DNA of 64,000 nt from assembly GCF_016432865.1 (NCBI RefSeq), contig NC_067401.1:187674001-187738000 (forward strand), read 5' to 3'. This document shows positions 18,737-44,299 of this stretch, piece after piece. The notes below the pieces were generated by a model that searched no databases, had not been told where the DNA came from, and worked only from the letters and a program-made list of their open reading frames with translations. A program made the translations under genes and the position numbers. The stretch comes from Antechinus flavipes (Eukaryota). Position 1 is the stretch's first letter. The number at the start of each line of letters is the position of its first letter.

Positions 18737-21700
18737 TCAGATCCGGATGACATAAGTATCACTGTGGCTTAAGTGTCTCACCCACGTATTTGGGACAGTG
18801 TTATCCGGAGTTCCAGGAGCTGTGAGCCGAAGAAATCGAACCTGGAGCCCTGAACAAGTGTACCGTGGTAACTCAAATGAGAGGCTTGCAGGACCTAAGC
18901 CCAGAGGAGGGGCTGGGCTTGGGAGATCAGGAAGTCCAGGGACATCCATCTGGGAAGATGAAAACATAGGTGGAGGTGAGGTTTATTGGAGGGGACAATG
19001 GTACACACTGAAGAAATCAAAGGAACTGGGAATTAGCTTATGGAAGTCAGGGGGGATGGTGTTTGGTGGTTGTTACCTGAAAGAGACCACAGAGTTGGGA
19101 ACCACCCTGTACCCGAGGAAGGTCCCATAGAAGCACTCCCTCACCCAACTCTGCTTTCTGCTCTGGGCTGCTCAAGTCCTGAGATAAACTAGGAATTAAA
19201 GAGATATGAAAGGGTAGATAAGACTTTGCTGCCCCAGCGAAAGCTATTACTGAATAATCCATTGCCCACTATCCAGTTTCATCCTCTACCCTATTTCCCT
19301 AGAGGAGTTTTTTAAGATATCAATTTGTCCTATTCCCCACAACTGACCTGGTCACTCCTCGGGGAAGAGGGAGGTGGAGCTTGACATGAAGAGCCTGGCT
19401 GGAACAATCATAAATGAACAAAGTCCCATTAGTTCCATTCCTCATTTCCCTATCCCTCCTTGCTCAAGGCACCCACTGAAAGGATTGACCCAGATTGCCC
19501 CTACCCTTATACAGTGAAACTGAATATATTAAAAGGAGGCAATAGGAAGTATATGAGGGAAAAGGAGTTTCAAAGTAGCAGCATGTGCTCAAAGCAAGCA
19601 GTTTTACTATCACAGTTCTCACCTTTTTGGGGGTAGGTCACACCGGAGTTTCAGATAAACCTGTAGCCTTGAGTAAGGAATAAAGGCAGAAGTGTCATCT
19701 TTTTCCCTTCTCTCTTTGTATTCAGGGTGAGTTTGGGATCGTGAATGGGGAGAAAGCTATGTAATTCTGAAACAGCATCAGTATCTTACCTGCCTAAACC
19801 ATGATCCCACTGCACAGAGGGAAAGAGCCGGAAGGGGAGAGGGGAGGGAAGATCATCAGAAAGTTGATACCGCATTATAGTCAACTGTAAACACAAAAAC
19901 AATGTCAGCCTGGTCTTTCTCTTCTTCCTCAAACCTCCCCACTCTTCCTTATTGTGGAACAAGTCCCCCTCAGTCTGACCTCGCCTTGAGATGGCTGCAG
20001 CCTAAGGATACGATGGGATTCAAACTCATCCAGTCGAACAGAACCATGAAATGAAACTTCGTCTACCCGTACCCCTGGCCCATACCCTGTAAGAAAAGAC
20101 ACCCCCCCCAACAATAAACAGCATGCCTAATCAAAGACACCCTCTCTCCAATAATAAACAGCATGCCTAATCAATATGTTGTATTGAAAAAAAACTCTTC
20201 TACCATGCCTATGTCTTTTGATCTTCAATCAAAATCCCTGCTCTGGGCAAATTCTAATAGATACTCTATTACTACCTCCCTTTTATAACTATACTATTAA
20301 TTCAAATGTATATGCAGTAGGAAAGCTTTTTAGTGCCTCACCTCTCAATTCTGATTTGCCCACACAAAATTCCTCTGTCAAGCCAATCCTCATTTCTGTC
20401 AAAGAAAGGCATATTAGTAATGACATCATCATCCCCTCCAACTCTTAAATACCTGGTTCCTCAAACATACTTTACTCCCTGTTCTCTACATCCCCTAACC
20501 TCTTCACTTCTCACCAGAGCAGCTGGGAAGAAAGCTTTTGAGTCGGATTTCACCTTGCACATCCACCTTCAGCAGAGAGCCCTAAGAGTTTAAGGAAAGG
20601 GAGATGAAAAATTAAAATGTTCATAATAGTTTTCATGTCCTTGGTTACAGAACTATTTTCTCCCCAGGGTCCCAAGTAGAATTTTATACTGCTAATAGAA
20701 CAACAGGAATGTAGAACACATTAAAATGCAGGGGGAGGTTATTCCCCTCTCCATCAATATCAAGTAACAACTATTAGTTAAGTGGCAGAACACAGATTTC
20801 TTTTCTATTTTATGATCAACACCACAAGAAGGTCCCAGATACCAGCCTAAGGAGATGAAAGTGCAGTGGTGCTCTGTAAATGGAGCGACAGTAGATATCA
20901 CCAAACAGGACAATTATAGATATGATTGAGTAACCTGGGAAAAAAGCATGGGTGACCCATAGGAATTGACCATAAAAATCACAAAGAACAAAGATTAAGG
21001 TTCTTGCTTCCAGAATTTAGAAAAAAAATTAGTAAAAGAAATTTTGGATATATGCAAATGCAGATTTGTTTTTCAAGAAGAGATGTAAAAGAGCTAAAGG
21101 AAAGCCTTCAGATTAATGTTTTAAGCTGATTAAGGAAAATGAGAAGTTTCTTGAAAACCTGGAAAAGTTTCAGGATTTAAAAAGGAATTTTGGATCTATA
21201 TCCTGTAATTGAAATATAGGTGATATTATGGGGTGAAAGAGCTAGTGAACATGGAATTAACAGAAACTTTCCCTAAAAAACTGGGTTATTTGCTACTTCT
21301 CATCAATCTTGCACTATGCTAGTGTTCTTCAAATCTCAGTTCAAGAACTACCTCCTACATGAGGTCTTTTTAGATCTGTTTTTCTAGTGACCCCTCCTAG
21401 AATTTGTCTTATATGTACCGTCACATGCCATATATACATATTTATATGTTGTTTTTTGCAATAGAATATAAATTCTTTAAGTCATATTTTACTTTTTGTC
21501 TTTGTATGTCCCTAAAGCCTATCACAGAGTAGGCATTTAATTCTTGTTATGTATGAAATAATATAACCATGGAGCTAATGAGAGAAGGTTATCACAGCTT
21601 AAAGCTGCACTGAAACTTTTTGGACATGAGATACATTTACCTGACATTAAAAATAAAGGTTTACCTTTTTCTTAAGGTACTTAATTGGTAAATGGTTGAG

Positions 21701-22029
21701 CCTCTCAAGACTTATCTTTACTACTATTGATGATTCATATGAGGAATAAATGATACCATCAGAAGGAATCTAAAAAGCACATCCAGAATTAATGAAGTTC
21801 TAGTAACAAACTGAAGATTTTAAGGAGGTTCAGGTATTTAATTATGTTTTTTTTTTTTTTTAAATCACTAGTTAAGAATGAAGACAAGCACTTCAGAAGA
21901 GAAGGAACTTTGGGAAGTTAAACAGTAAGATTAAGAAGATGGAGTAGTTCTGAAATACATCTTGAAATAAGAATAAGGGTATGCTAATGAGAGAGAGCAT
22001 GTACCTAACAGGGGCTACTAACTTATATA

Positions 22030-22083
<54 letters not shown>

Positions 22084-25000
22084 CACTGCACATCTGAGAG
22101 GGCTTTAAGCTAGAAAACAGAAAATAATGGTTATGGAAAAATAACAGTCATGAGAAAACAGAATCCAAGGATACTAGACATGCTAATAAGCATATCTACT
22201 TTAACTTAACACTTACAAGGCTTGCATATAGGGGATGTGTAGTACATAAAGGCAGAGACAGATATACTGCACTGAGACCCATGTGCATTAAGAAGTTAGG
22301 ACGATTTGGTTTGTCTTAAGGGCAAGAAAGGTCACAAATGGTACCCTAAGGAGAGCAATACAGCAAGAAGTGGGAAGAGATGGAGAAGTAGGTTATCATT
22401 TGTACCACAGAGTTACTTGCGCCTATACCTTTAATAGCACTGAATTATGTGGATGTATAGGTTCAAGGGAGCAATACATCTAGTGATCCCAAGCTTTTTC
22501 TCATGAAAGAAGTTGTAGGGAAGTTTCCTTAGGGGAAAGTTTCCTTAGCTCTCTACAGGGAAAAGATCACAGAAAAGAAAAAAAGGAAAAAAAAAAAAAA
22601 CCTATTGCCATGAGATTGGTATTGTTGTTCTCTATTTTAAAGAGGAAACAGGTTCTAAGATTTTAAATTACTTGCTCCAGGATGACATGGTTAATATCAG
22701 GTTGATCTTTCTCTCTCTACTCTAAGTCAAGAACTCTTTTCCAGATTGTGGAATAATGGAAAATTCTGCAGATCTGAAAAAAAGACAAATCCTTTGAGAA
22801 GAGGAGGAAGGAGGGGAGGAGAAGTTTATATATAGGATTACATACAAACTATTAAGGCCATATGAGTTTGGCTTGATTTTAGAACAAGTCTTAAAAGACA
22901 CCATTAAAAGGACAGTTTGTGGATGTTTAGAAGAAAGTTTTGATCACAAATAATCAACATAGCTTATCAAAGAACAGGTTATAAAAAACTAACCTCTATT
23001 TCCTTATTTGATAATATTGCTTGGAGAAGAATGTTAGCAACAGTATATCTAGATTTCAGTAAAGCATCTGATAAGTCTCTCATGTTATCTTTATGGATAA
23101 GATGCAAAGATATGGACTAGATAATAGTTGGTAGATGTAAAAATGGTTGAAAGATTTGCCAATCTTTCAAAGGATAAAAATGATGCCTTCTTGGAGGGGA
23201 GTATCCAACAAAATGCTCCAAGCATTTGTCCTTGGCTCTTACGTTTAAAATTTTTATAAGCTGGATAAAGTATTGATACTTATCAATATTTATCAAATTC
23301 ATCCAATTAATATGCTGGATGAGTCAAGATCAAAGAAGATCTTAGCAGGCTTGCATGCATCCCTGATTAGATCACAGTAGTTGGACTACTGAGTGGTACT
23401 GACAAGCTGGAAATTATTCAAAGGGCAACAGGGTAATGAAGGAGCTGGAAAATGGAGGGAGCTAAGAAAAATGAGGATGCTTAACTTGAAAATTTTAAGA
23501 ATATATGATCATTAGTATCTGAAAGGGTATCTATATCTATATATTAGGCTTTTTTTTTTTTTTTTTTTTTGGCTTGGTCCCAGAGGATAAAAGATGGAAT
23601 CTGTAGAAAGGCAGATATAAATTCAATGTAAAGAAAAATGTTCAGGAACATGATTTGGGTATAAAGGATGATATCATAAACAAATTAGGAGAGCAAGGGA
23701 TAATTTGGAGAAGGGAGGAATTTATGACCAAAAAAGAACTAGAGAACATTAGGAAAGGCAAAATGGACAACTTTGATTACATCAAATTAAAAAGTTTTTG
23801 CACAAACAAAATCAATAGGAACAAGATTAAAAGGTAAGTACAAAGTTAGGGGAAGAATCTTTATAGCTAGTGTTTCTGATAAAAGGTCTAATTTCTAAAA
23901 TACATAAAGAACTGTGTCAAATTTATAAGAATATAAGTCACTCCCCAATTGACAAATGGTCAAAGGATATGAACAGACAATTTTCAGATGAAGAAATTAA
24001 AGTTATCTATAATTATATGAAAAAATGCTCTAAATCACTATTGATTATAGAAATGCAAATTAAAAACAACTCAAGTACCACCTCACGCCTCTCAGATCAG
24101 GAAAAGATGATAAATGTTAAAGGAGATATGGAAAAACTGAGACATTTAATGCCTTCTTGGTGGAATTGTAAAATGATCTAATTTGGAGCATTTGGAACTA
24201 TGCCCAAAAGGCTATAAAAATATGTATACCCTTTGATCCAGCAGTGCCATCACTAGTTTTATATCCCAAGGAAATCATAAAGGAGGGATAAGGACCCACA
24301 AGTGCAAAAATGTTTGTAGTTTGTAGTTGTAGTTTGTAGTTGTAGTCTTTTTGTGGTATAAGAGAATTAAAAAATGAGTAGATGCTCATCAATTGGGGAA
24401 TGGCTGAACAAGTTGTGGTATATGAAAATAATGGAAATATTATTGTTCTATAAAAAATGAACAAGATGATTTTACAAAGGCCTGGAAATATTTACATGAA
24501 CTAGTGATAAGCAAAACAAGCAGAACCAGGAATACATTGTACACAATAATAGCAAGAATGTGTGATGATGAATTATGAAAGACTTGGCTCTTCTCAGTGG
24601 TTCAGAGATCCAAAGCAATTCTGATAGACTTTGGACAGAAAATGCCATCTCATCCAGAAAAAGCATTAAGGAGACTAAATGTAAATCAGCACATGCTATA
24701 TTCACTTCTTTTTTTGTTGTTGCTTTTTTCTCTCTCCTATGGTTTTTCCTTTTTACTCCTAACATGATTCATAAAATAATGTGTAATAAAAACAAATTTA
24801 CCAGGAAAAAAAAAGAAAACATTTTTAACACTTCACACTACTCCTTTTCATGTTTCACTACAGTTACAAAGCTCAGAGGATCTACAACTGGATAGTCCAT
24901 AGATGCCAGCTAATTCAACCTTTGTATTTTACAGGGAAGGAAACTGAGGCTCAAGGAGGTAAAGTGACTTTGATGATATTCACACAACTAGTTTAGTGTC

Positions 25001-27874
25001 AAGAAACAGAATGTAAACCTTTGCTTCCAGAGTGTTCCATGCTTTCTTCCAGTTAAATTGGCTCAATTAACTATTTCCCCAGATTCACTGCATTCCATTT
25101 CTCACCTCCAAGGACCTATGCAGACTATCCTCCAAGCCTGAAATATATTCCTTCCTCTTGTATCTATGTATGTATTCCTCATAGCATCTTTATCTTCCCT
25201 CAGGATTCAATTCAAATGTTATCTTCTATAAGAAGTCTTTGCTAATCTCCCTATTTAGTACTCTGAGCTTCCTGAGGGCAGAAATTCTTTTTAATTTTGT
25301 TTTCGGATTTCTGGCATCTGGCAGTATTTCTCATACAATAAGCATTAATACTTATTAAATGAATTAAAGAATGGAACAAAAGAACTATCCCAAAATGGGA
25401 CAGGCTCCTTAGAAAGAAGGTAGCTCCCTAATACTAGAGATATTTAAGTGAAAGCTAGATAATCAAGTGTTATGGGTAAGAATGGATTCTTGTACAGATG
25501 AGGATTCAGATGGCCTCTGAAGCTTCTTTCACTTCAAAGATTTTGTGAACACAGATATTGGAATGTTACTTGGCATCTTATTCACTCACTCATAATCAAA
25601 TTGAGGGGAAGTATACAGAATGAACCTTTTATCTAGGACTCATCATGTGTCACCACTGGGAGTGATGTTACAACCCTAGCTTCCCCATATTTTTGTGATA
25701 TGATCCCATTCCAGATTTGGAATGGGACAGATTGTCTTCATTACATAAGCTCCCTAGTTATTCAGAGTTCTGTTTTTATTTTTTATTTTTTGGTTCAGTA
25801 CTGTGATTTAATTAGTAGGGAACTCCTGGTGAGGAAACTTCTTCCTCCTGTGGTTGGCACTTTAAGTGCTCAATAAAACCTTGATTGATTCCAATTCAAT
25901 TTAGCAATTATCCCTCCAATTAAAGTTTTGAAGAGTTGTCTGAGGCACCAAGAGGTTAAATTACTTGTCCAGGGTAACAAAGCCAGTTTGAATCAGAAGG
26001 CAAGGCCTTCCAGCTCTAAGGCCAGTTATCTATGCCCTATACCATACTGTCTTTGAATCAGTTTTGGAGGCAACTAGAGATAAATGATTTACCCAATGTC
26101 ACACAGTGAGGAAGTATTAAGCGTCTGAGGCCAGCTTTGAACTGAGATCCTCCTGAATTCAAGACCAGTACTATATCCACTGTACTATCTAGCTGCTCCC
26201 ATCTATGAATTTAGTGTCTGAATATAACAGATACTAAATTTTTTTTAACCAAATTGGGTTTGAAGACTCAAACTTACATTGGATCCAATAAGCACTGAGA
26301 GCCTTTCTACTACGTCCAAGAAAACCTCATTCTTGTGACTCTGAAAAAGAAAAGAAATCCGGAATAAATTGATTCTTGGTACTTAAAGACTGGAGGTAGA
26401 ACCCATAATGGGTTCTGGGTCCCAAAAAATAGAGGATTAATTGTAAGAATCTGGGAGATTGAATTGCTGGAATAGAGAATAGCAAAACTAGTAGAAAATT
26501 GGACATATGGGTTTGGATCCTAAAATGACTGAATGTTTGAAAACACAGATATACTTCCTCACCTGGTCGGAGCGAACAGTTGTGACTGGACGGCTGGCTG
26601 CACTGCTTGGGGCCACTTTGCTCTGCTGTGTTTCAGCTCCAAACTGTAAAAATCCACAAATAGTAAATGCACTAGCTAATCCTATCTCAACTCATCTTCC
26701 CAAACCTCCTCCATCTTTTTCTTCACTAACCAAACCAACACTGCTGAGCTCAAATAGGTTGAAGGGCTTGCTGACCACGGCCTCAGTTTGAATGAAGTTC
26801 CTCAGCATCTCTGTAGATGTAGTCTGGATGTAGCCATAGTCCTACAATAGAAGAGGTATGTGTTTCTATAGCTGACCTAGAAGTATGTGGAAATGGAGGT
26901 GAAAGGTACCTAGATACTTTAATAAAAATGGAGCTATCTCTGAAATAAGAGATAGGGGAAGAAATCTCTAGACCCTTAGCCTCTGTTCCTTACCAGCACT
27001 TCATCCAAGAGTTCATAGACAAGGGCTACATTAAGAGAGAGTGTCTTCTCACTGATGGAGCCACAGTAATCATTTAAGAGGGTGACCAGCCTGGGGAAGG
27101 GAAGAAGTAATGAGTCTTCTGAGTTCAAATTCCCCATCCCCTTTCACTTCCACTTTCCTCACCTTGATAACAGCTCCAGGAGGATGAAAGGGGAAACACA
27201 GCCTGCAGTGGTGACCACAAGGTAGAGACTGAAGTGTCGGATGTGGACAAAGTGGTGACCTTTGTGGTGCTGAGAGAGGGATGTGAGGGATGAGATAATG
27301 TGGGGTTGGGAAGTGAAAAGTGAAGGAATGAACACCAATGGAGAATTAAAAAGGATAAAGGTCAAAATTATGGGAATGGGAGTCTTGGGAGGGCATTCTA
27401 GGGTTAAAAAAAAAAAAAAAAAAGCTTTGGGAAACCAAATCCCATCCAAAAACCCCAGTATGAACGACCTCAAAAGGCACTAAAACAGCATCGATTCCTA
27501 GTTTCAAATCCCACCCAGTGCCTAGAAAGGTTGTTACCATCACGACAGGAGGCTGGTCCCCCGGCAGCTCGGTCACCTTCCGGTAGAAGATTTCGGCTAC
27601 ATCACTCCCTCCACAGTCTCCACGGACTGAAGTTACGGAGGTTAAGGGAAACCAAGGCTAAGCCGTCAATCAGTTTCTCGCCCTTTTCTGACCCAGCTTC
27701 CCTCAGCCATGCTACTGTTGCCCACCGCCCTTGGGCCCTCCCTGGATGCCTTCCCTGCTCCTCCTGGTTCCTTTACCCTCTGCTGTTATCTCCATGGCTC
27801 ACGGGCGGGAGGATACAGTCCTTGTAGATGAGAGGGTCCCCTTTGGAGGACAAAATGAAGAGCTGGGAGATCAT
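18737..27874 (-). CDS. AP4M1: AP-4 complex subunit mu-1, 15 coding exons, 449 aa
   Basis: Exons (minus): 27817-27874, 27538-27626, 27163-27269, 26994-27090, 26731-26841, 26563-26643, 26278-26340, 20515-20581, 20342-20395, 19980-20086, 19790-19884, 19623-19667, 19348-19398, 19077-19188, 18737-18949; 1350 nt. [20 protein letters not shown]...[16 protein letters not shown]...[15 protein letters not shown]. Confidence 0.97.
22033..22082 (+). repeat. (CA)25 microsatellite
   Basis: Read directly. Confidence 0.95.
22900..23630 (+). mobile_element. Ancient CR1/L3 LINE reverse-transcriptase fragment
   Basis: tatctagatttcagtaaagcatctgataagtctctcatg (YLDFSKAFD-like motif). A second copy of the same type lies at about 30140-30560. 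Confidence 0.6.
23640..24815 (+). mobile_element. L1 3' fragment in AP4M1 intron 7
   Basis: ORF2-like [17 protein letters not shown] and [14 protein letters not shown]; frameshifted. Confidence 0.85.
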
Positions 27875-28320
27875 GGTTCCAAGGTTGCTGGCCTAGAGAA
27901 GAATCTGATTCTCCAGGATAACGCTTTCTAGTAGAAGTACCTTCTTCCTCATTTAAGTCCCTCCTTTCTAATCATAACATCCCATTTTGTCCCCTGATTG
28001 GCTGAAGTTTGGCAGACAAGCGGAGGAAGAAGAGGGAAAGGGTAACGCTTACAGTTCTCCCTTGGGTGGGGTCTTAGGCCAAGCCGCACCCTCGGGGCGG
28101 GAACTTCGGTCGCGGCGGCAAACGCTCTTTTCCCTATTGGCTCTGACGAGGAGCAGCCGGTCACGTAGACTGGGACGTTTCGCGCCAATTTCGGTTGCTT
28201 CCCCCGAATTTGCGTAGTTCTACTTTTTATTTCTTTTCCCTATCAAGAACCTCGCCAACGTGTTGCCGCCGGTCCGCTAATCCCGTTCAGGACACATCCT
28301 GTCCCCTCCTTTCTGCAGCT
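27875..28320. promoter_or_regulatory. Compact bidirectional AP4M1/MCM7 promoter with E2F, CCAAT and GC boxes
   Basis: 446 bp between the two ATGs. TTTCGCGC E2F site 28178-28185; GCGGGAA 28097-28103; GGGGCGG 28094-28100; ATTGG 27997-28001 and 28136-28140; CCAAT 28185-28189; CpG-rich. Confidence 0.85.
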
Positions 28321-37898
<9,578 letters not shown>

Positions 37899-38022
37899 CC
37901 TTTGGCACTATTTAAGCAGCATTTTTTAAAGCCTAATGCTTGAATGTAGAGAATGCCTTCTCTGCCTAGGCAGGGGGAAGTTTAAAACTGCTACAATATG
38001 TATGTTACATATTTACATTGCT

Positions 38023-38028
38023 AATAAA
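38023..38028 (+). terminator. MCM7 polyadenylation signal AATAAA
   Basis: AATAAA 125 nt after the stop codon, followed by a T-rich segment. Confidence 0.75.
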
Positions 38029-38259
38029 TTGTTTCCTGAACTCTTTTGAAAAAATACTATTATTTTCTTAGGGGGAAGAGAACAATACCACAACCAATTA
38101 TGGTTAGTTCTCCAGGCTTTCAGATGAGCCAAAGAGAACCATCTCTTCAGATCTTCTAGTGGTATCCCTAACATTAATTAGAGCTTATATATAGGGACTC
38201 TTAAACCTAACTCCTTTTAACAGAAAGGACAGAATCGTGGGAGGGGGAACTATTCCCCA

Positions 38260-38265
38260 TTTATT
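38260..38265 (-). terminator. COPS6 polyadenylation signal AATAAA (minus strand)
   Basis: TTTATT on the plus strand about 155 nt past the COPS6 stop; converges on the MCM7 3' end. Confidence 0.7.
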
Positions 38266-38420
38266 ATTAACAATTTGGGTGGAAGGAAGCTATGCAGGCT
38301 TAAGGGCTTCTCTAAAGGGGAAATAAGCCACTTCCCTGCCTGTGGGGACAATATTTTTCCTCAGTGAAGCAGATTACAGTCCTCTGCCCTCACTTATTTT
38401 GAGGAAAGGGTTGTCCCCTT

Positions 38421-41337
<2,917 letters not shown>

Positions 41338-41343
<6 letters not shown>

Positions 41344-41760
41344 CTTGCTCGCATCTGCCAGCCTCCGCGGACTCCCGGCTCTCCCAGCTTCCGTAGAGGA
41401 TTGGCGACGCAAAACGCATGCGCAGTGGCTTTGGGGCTGAGGCGCGCGATCTTTTTCTTTCTCTGTGGTGCCCAGATTCTTGCCTCCTTCTTCTGCTTGG
41501 CTATCCTAGTTCTTGACCTTGGGCAGAAGGAACGGTCGGTGGAAGCCGGAGGCCGATCTCCCGACCTAGTTTTTCTGGGAAACAGCAATTTGTTGGGAGA
41601 ATCCGAAATGTGGCTTGAAGAGTTAGTCGCTTTCTTAAGGGAAGATTGCGCCTCGTTTTCGGGACTTTTGAGTGTAGAGATAACTGCACGTCCCTCCCTC
41701 TCCCCGGAATTGCCCAAGGTGGCAACTGCTGACCCGGGAGAAAAGAAATCCTTCTGACCT
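41338..41760. promoter_or_regulatory. COPS6 CpG-rich promoter with YY1 and NRF1 motifs
   Basis: CAAGATGGCG (YY1 core, minus strand) overlaps the ATG at 41338-41347; CGCATGCGCA (NRF1) at 41415-41424; CpG-rich. Confidence 0.75.
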
Positions 41761-43682
41761 GCAGTCTGGGGCCCTTAAGTGCTACGTACTAAGCCTGGAA
41801 CTCCTATTTTTCTCCCTTCCACATCCCAGGATGTTCTTGCCACCTTTGAGGCTGGAAGTGGGGATGTTAATTACTAATATTGTGCAGAGTAAGTAGGGAA
41901 GAGAGTATCTGCAAAGAGAAAAAATGATCACTTCTTACAGATATGACGACTTACTTAGAAAATTCTAAAGAATAAAAATTTAAAATTAATGCCTCAGATT
42001 ACAAAATAAAGACAAAATTATTTTCTTTAGGCTGCTAGGTGGACACAATGGCTACAGCGCTTGACAGGTGGGAGTATCTGTGAGAATCTCTGCCTCAGTT
42101 TTTTCATATGTAAAATGTAAAAATACCTCCCAGTAGTATTACAGGGATAAAATGGGATTTGTAAAGCGTTTAAGTTTTATATAAATGGGCATGTGGCTTG
42201 AATAAACTGAACCAATTAGAAAAGCAAGGAAGAAATTGCCTTTCAGAACTTTAGATAGGGGAAGAGTTCGTGATCAAAGCAGGGCAGAGGGTCACAAAAA
42301 TTAAAAGGGACACTTATGATTATATAACATTAAAAGAGTTTTGCACAAACAAAACTCAAACCAATACAGTTAAAATTAGAAGAGAAACATAACTGAGGGG
42401 AAAAGATCTTTGCAGCAAGTTTCCCTAATAAAAGTCATATCCAAGTATATTGATTCAAATTTATTCAATTGATTCAAAATTAAAATTAAAAGCTCATTCC
42501 CCATTAAATAAGTGATCAAGGAATATGAATAAACAGTTTTCAAAGAATGAAATCCATTACACCTGATGCAGTGCTAATGTTAGTGAAGAGGTGTGAGAAT
42601 TGAGGTAGGGAATCCCCTCTGGTCGAAACAGGTCCAATGCAAAAGAATTTGCAAACCCATAGGTTTATGTTCACCAAGAAGAAGCTCTCTTAGTGGACAA
42701 AATTCCTCATTAGGAATTTGGCAAAGGAGTGTTAACAGATCCCTGGTTATAAAGGAAATCCTTGGCAAAACTTCTAGGCAATACCTTGAGAAGTAAAAGT
42801 TAAAAAAGATAAGTAACAGGCATAAGACTGGGATTTTTATTGTTTTCTTTTTTAATTGCAATCTCTCAGACTAGAATGCCAATAAAAATAACATAGTTGG
42901 AATTAGTGGTCTTTATTTCAATTCTCTTTCTTCAAATGGATATGATAGGCACCCATTCATTTCTAATCATATCCTTTTAGTCTGTTAAAGATTGACCTAA
43001 GATTAGTTTTCATAAAAACCTGTGGGTGACTGTCCTTGGCTTTCCTTGTGTTCCATCTTTTTCATAGCATGAAAGTATAGACATATGGCTCCAAGGGCCA
43101 TGGATGAGAGAATTATCTTTTCTACCACAGAACTACACTTTCAAGAGCAAAATCACTATGACCTTGGTACCTTTTATAATCCATCTATTCAGACATGAAC
43201 CTAACAGTGACAGGGCTTCAAGTGGAATGTATTTTCCCAAAGAGCAACTCAAAAAATTCATCTCACTGACTTCTGCATTAATTGTTAACCAATCAGAGTT
43301 GAATGCCACCCCCTTGAATGGCTTGCTTTATTCTTGTTTTACTGGATTTTATTGGAAAGACATATGATTGATTCCATTACATATAATTGATGAGAGTAAA
43401 ACTCTGTTTGACCTGAGTGAGCCTTGTAAAATTATGTAAAATCACCAAAAAATTATCTCAATTTGGATCTACAAATCCAAATGGTCTTGCATCCTCTAGG
43501 AGCAAAATAAGCTTTCTTGGGGGAAGTCACAACTCCAGGCAAGATTTCATATTTACCTGAGACTTCCCTTAGACTCATGCATAAAATGGATCTTCAGAAA
43601 ATTACTCTTTGCAGATCACTTCTTTCTAAAGAATGAGATGTCTTGCCAAGAGAATCCCTCTTAGTGTTTTTTTTAACAATAA

Positions 43683-43716
<34 letters not shown>

Positions 43717-43769
43717 ATAGTCTTTGGGTTTAGTGAATTCCTTCACCCCAACCTAAGCCTTGGAGAATG

Positions 43770-44293
43770 AAACCCTGTTAGGCTACTCCTAACTGGGTGG
43801 TACCTTTCCTTACTTAATGGCCTCAACCATGCTTTGCCTCTTCGGATGTGTCCGGATACACGAAAGGAGATAGTCACCACACCCAGTCAAGGTTGCAGCA
43901 GGCACACTTTATTTAGTACAGCTCATGATGTCTCCCATGATGTCTCTACTTCTCCCTCGTCCCTTGTCCCTTATATTTTTTCCCCCAACCATCCTCCGTT
44001 TCCCCCAGGTCACATGCCTAGGCAACAGTCCTTCCAATGGAGGGGAGTGTTTGCCCCGTTCTTCACACGTACTCGATGCATGACTGTGACTTATTCCTCT
44101 TGCTGGAACACCTAGTGCACATCTGTCAGCAGAATATACGCCCAGGTACCTCAACCCAATTCTGGTTTGTACTGTTAGCCAAGGCATTATATTATAGGGG
44201 TCATGGAAAACAGGTGGGGTAGAAGGTTTCCGTGCCCAATAGAACCCCACCCATTCCTGCCTAATCTCATTATCAGTACTTTCATCCCTCATC
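43770..44293 (-). mobile_element. Solo LTR-like element
   Basis: Minus-strand TATA (cttatat, about 43969) and AATAAA (tttatt, about 43908); TG...CA ends; CpG retained. No clear TSD, so ends are approximate. Confidence 0.6.
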
Positions 44294-44299
44294 AATGTT

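Noticed and set aside
42570-42800. Non-repeat-looking segment with a 67-aa and a 93-aa ORF
   Set aside because: Other frames have multiple stops and I recognise no protein family; needs a blastx/Dfam search.
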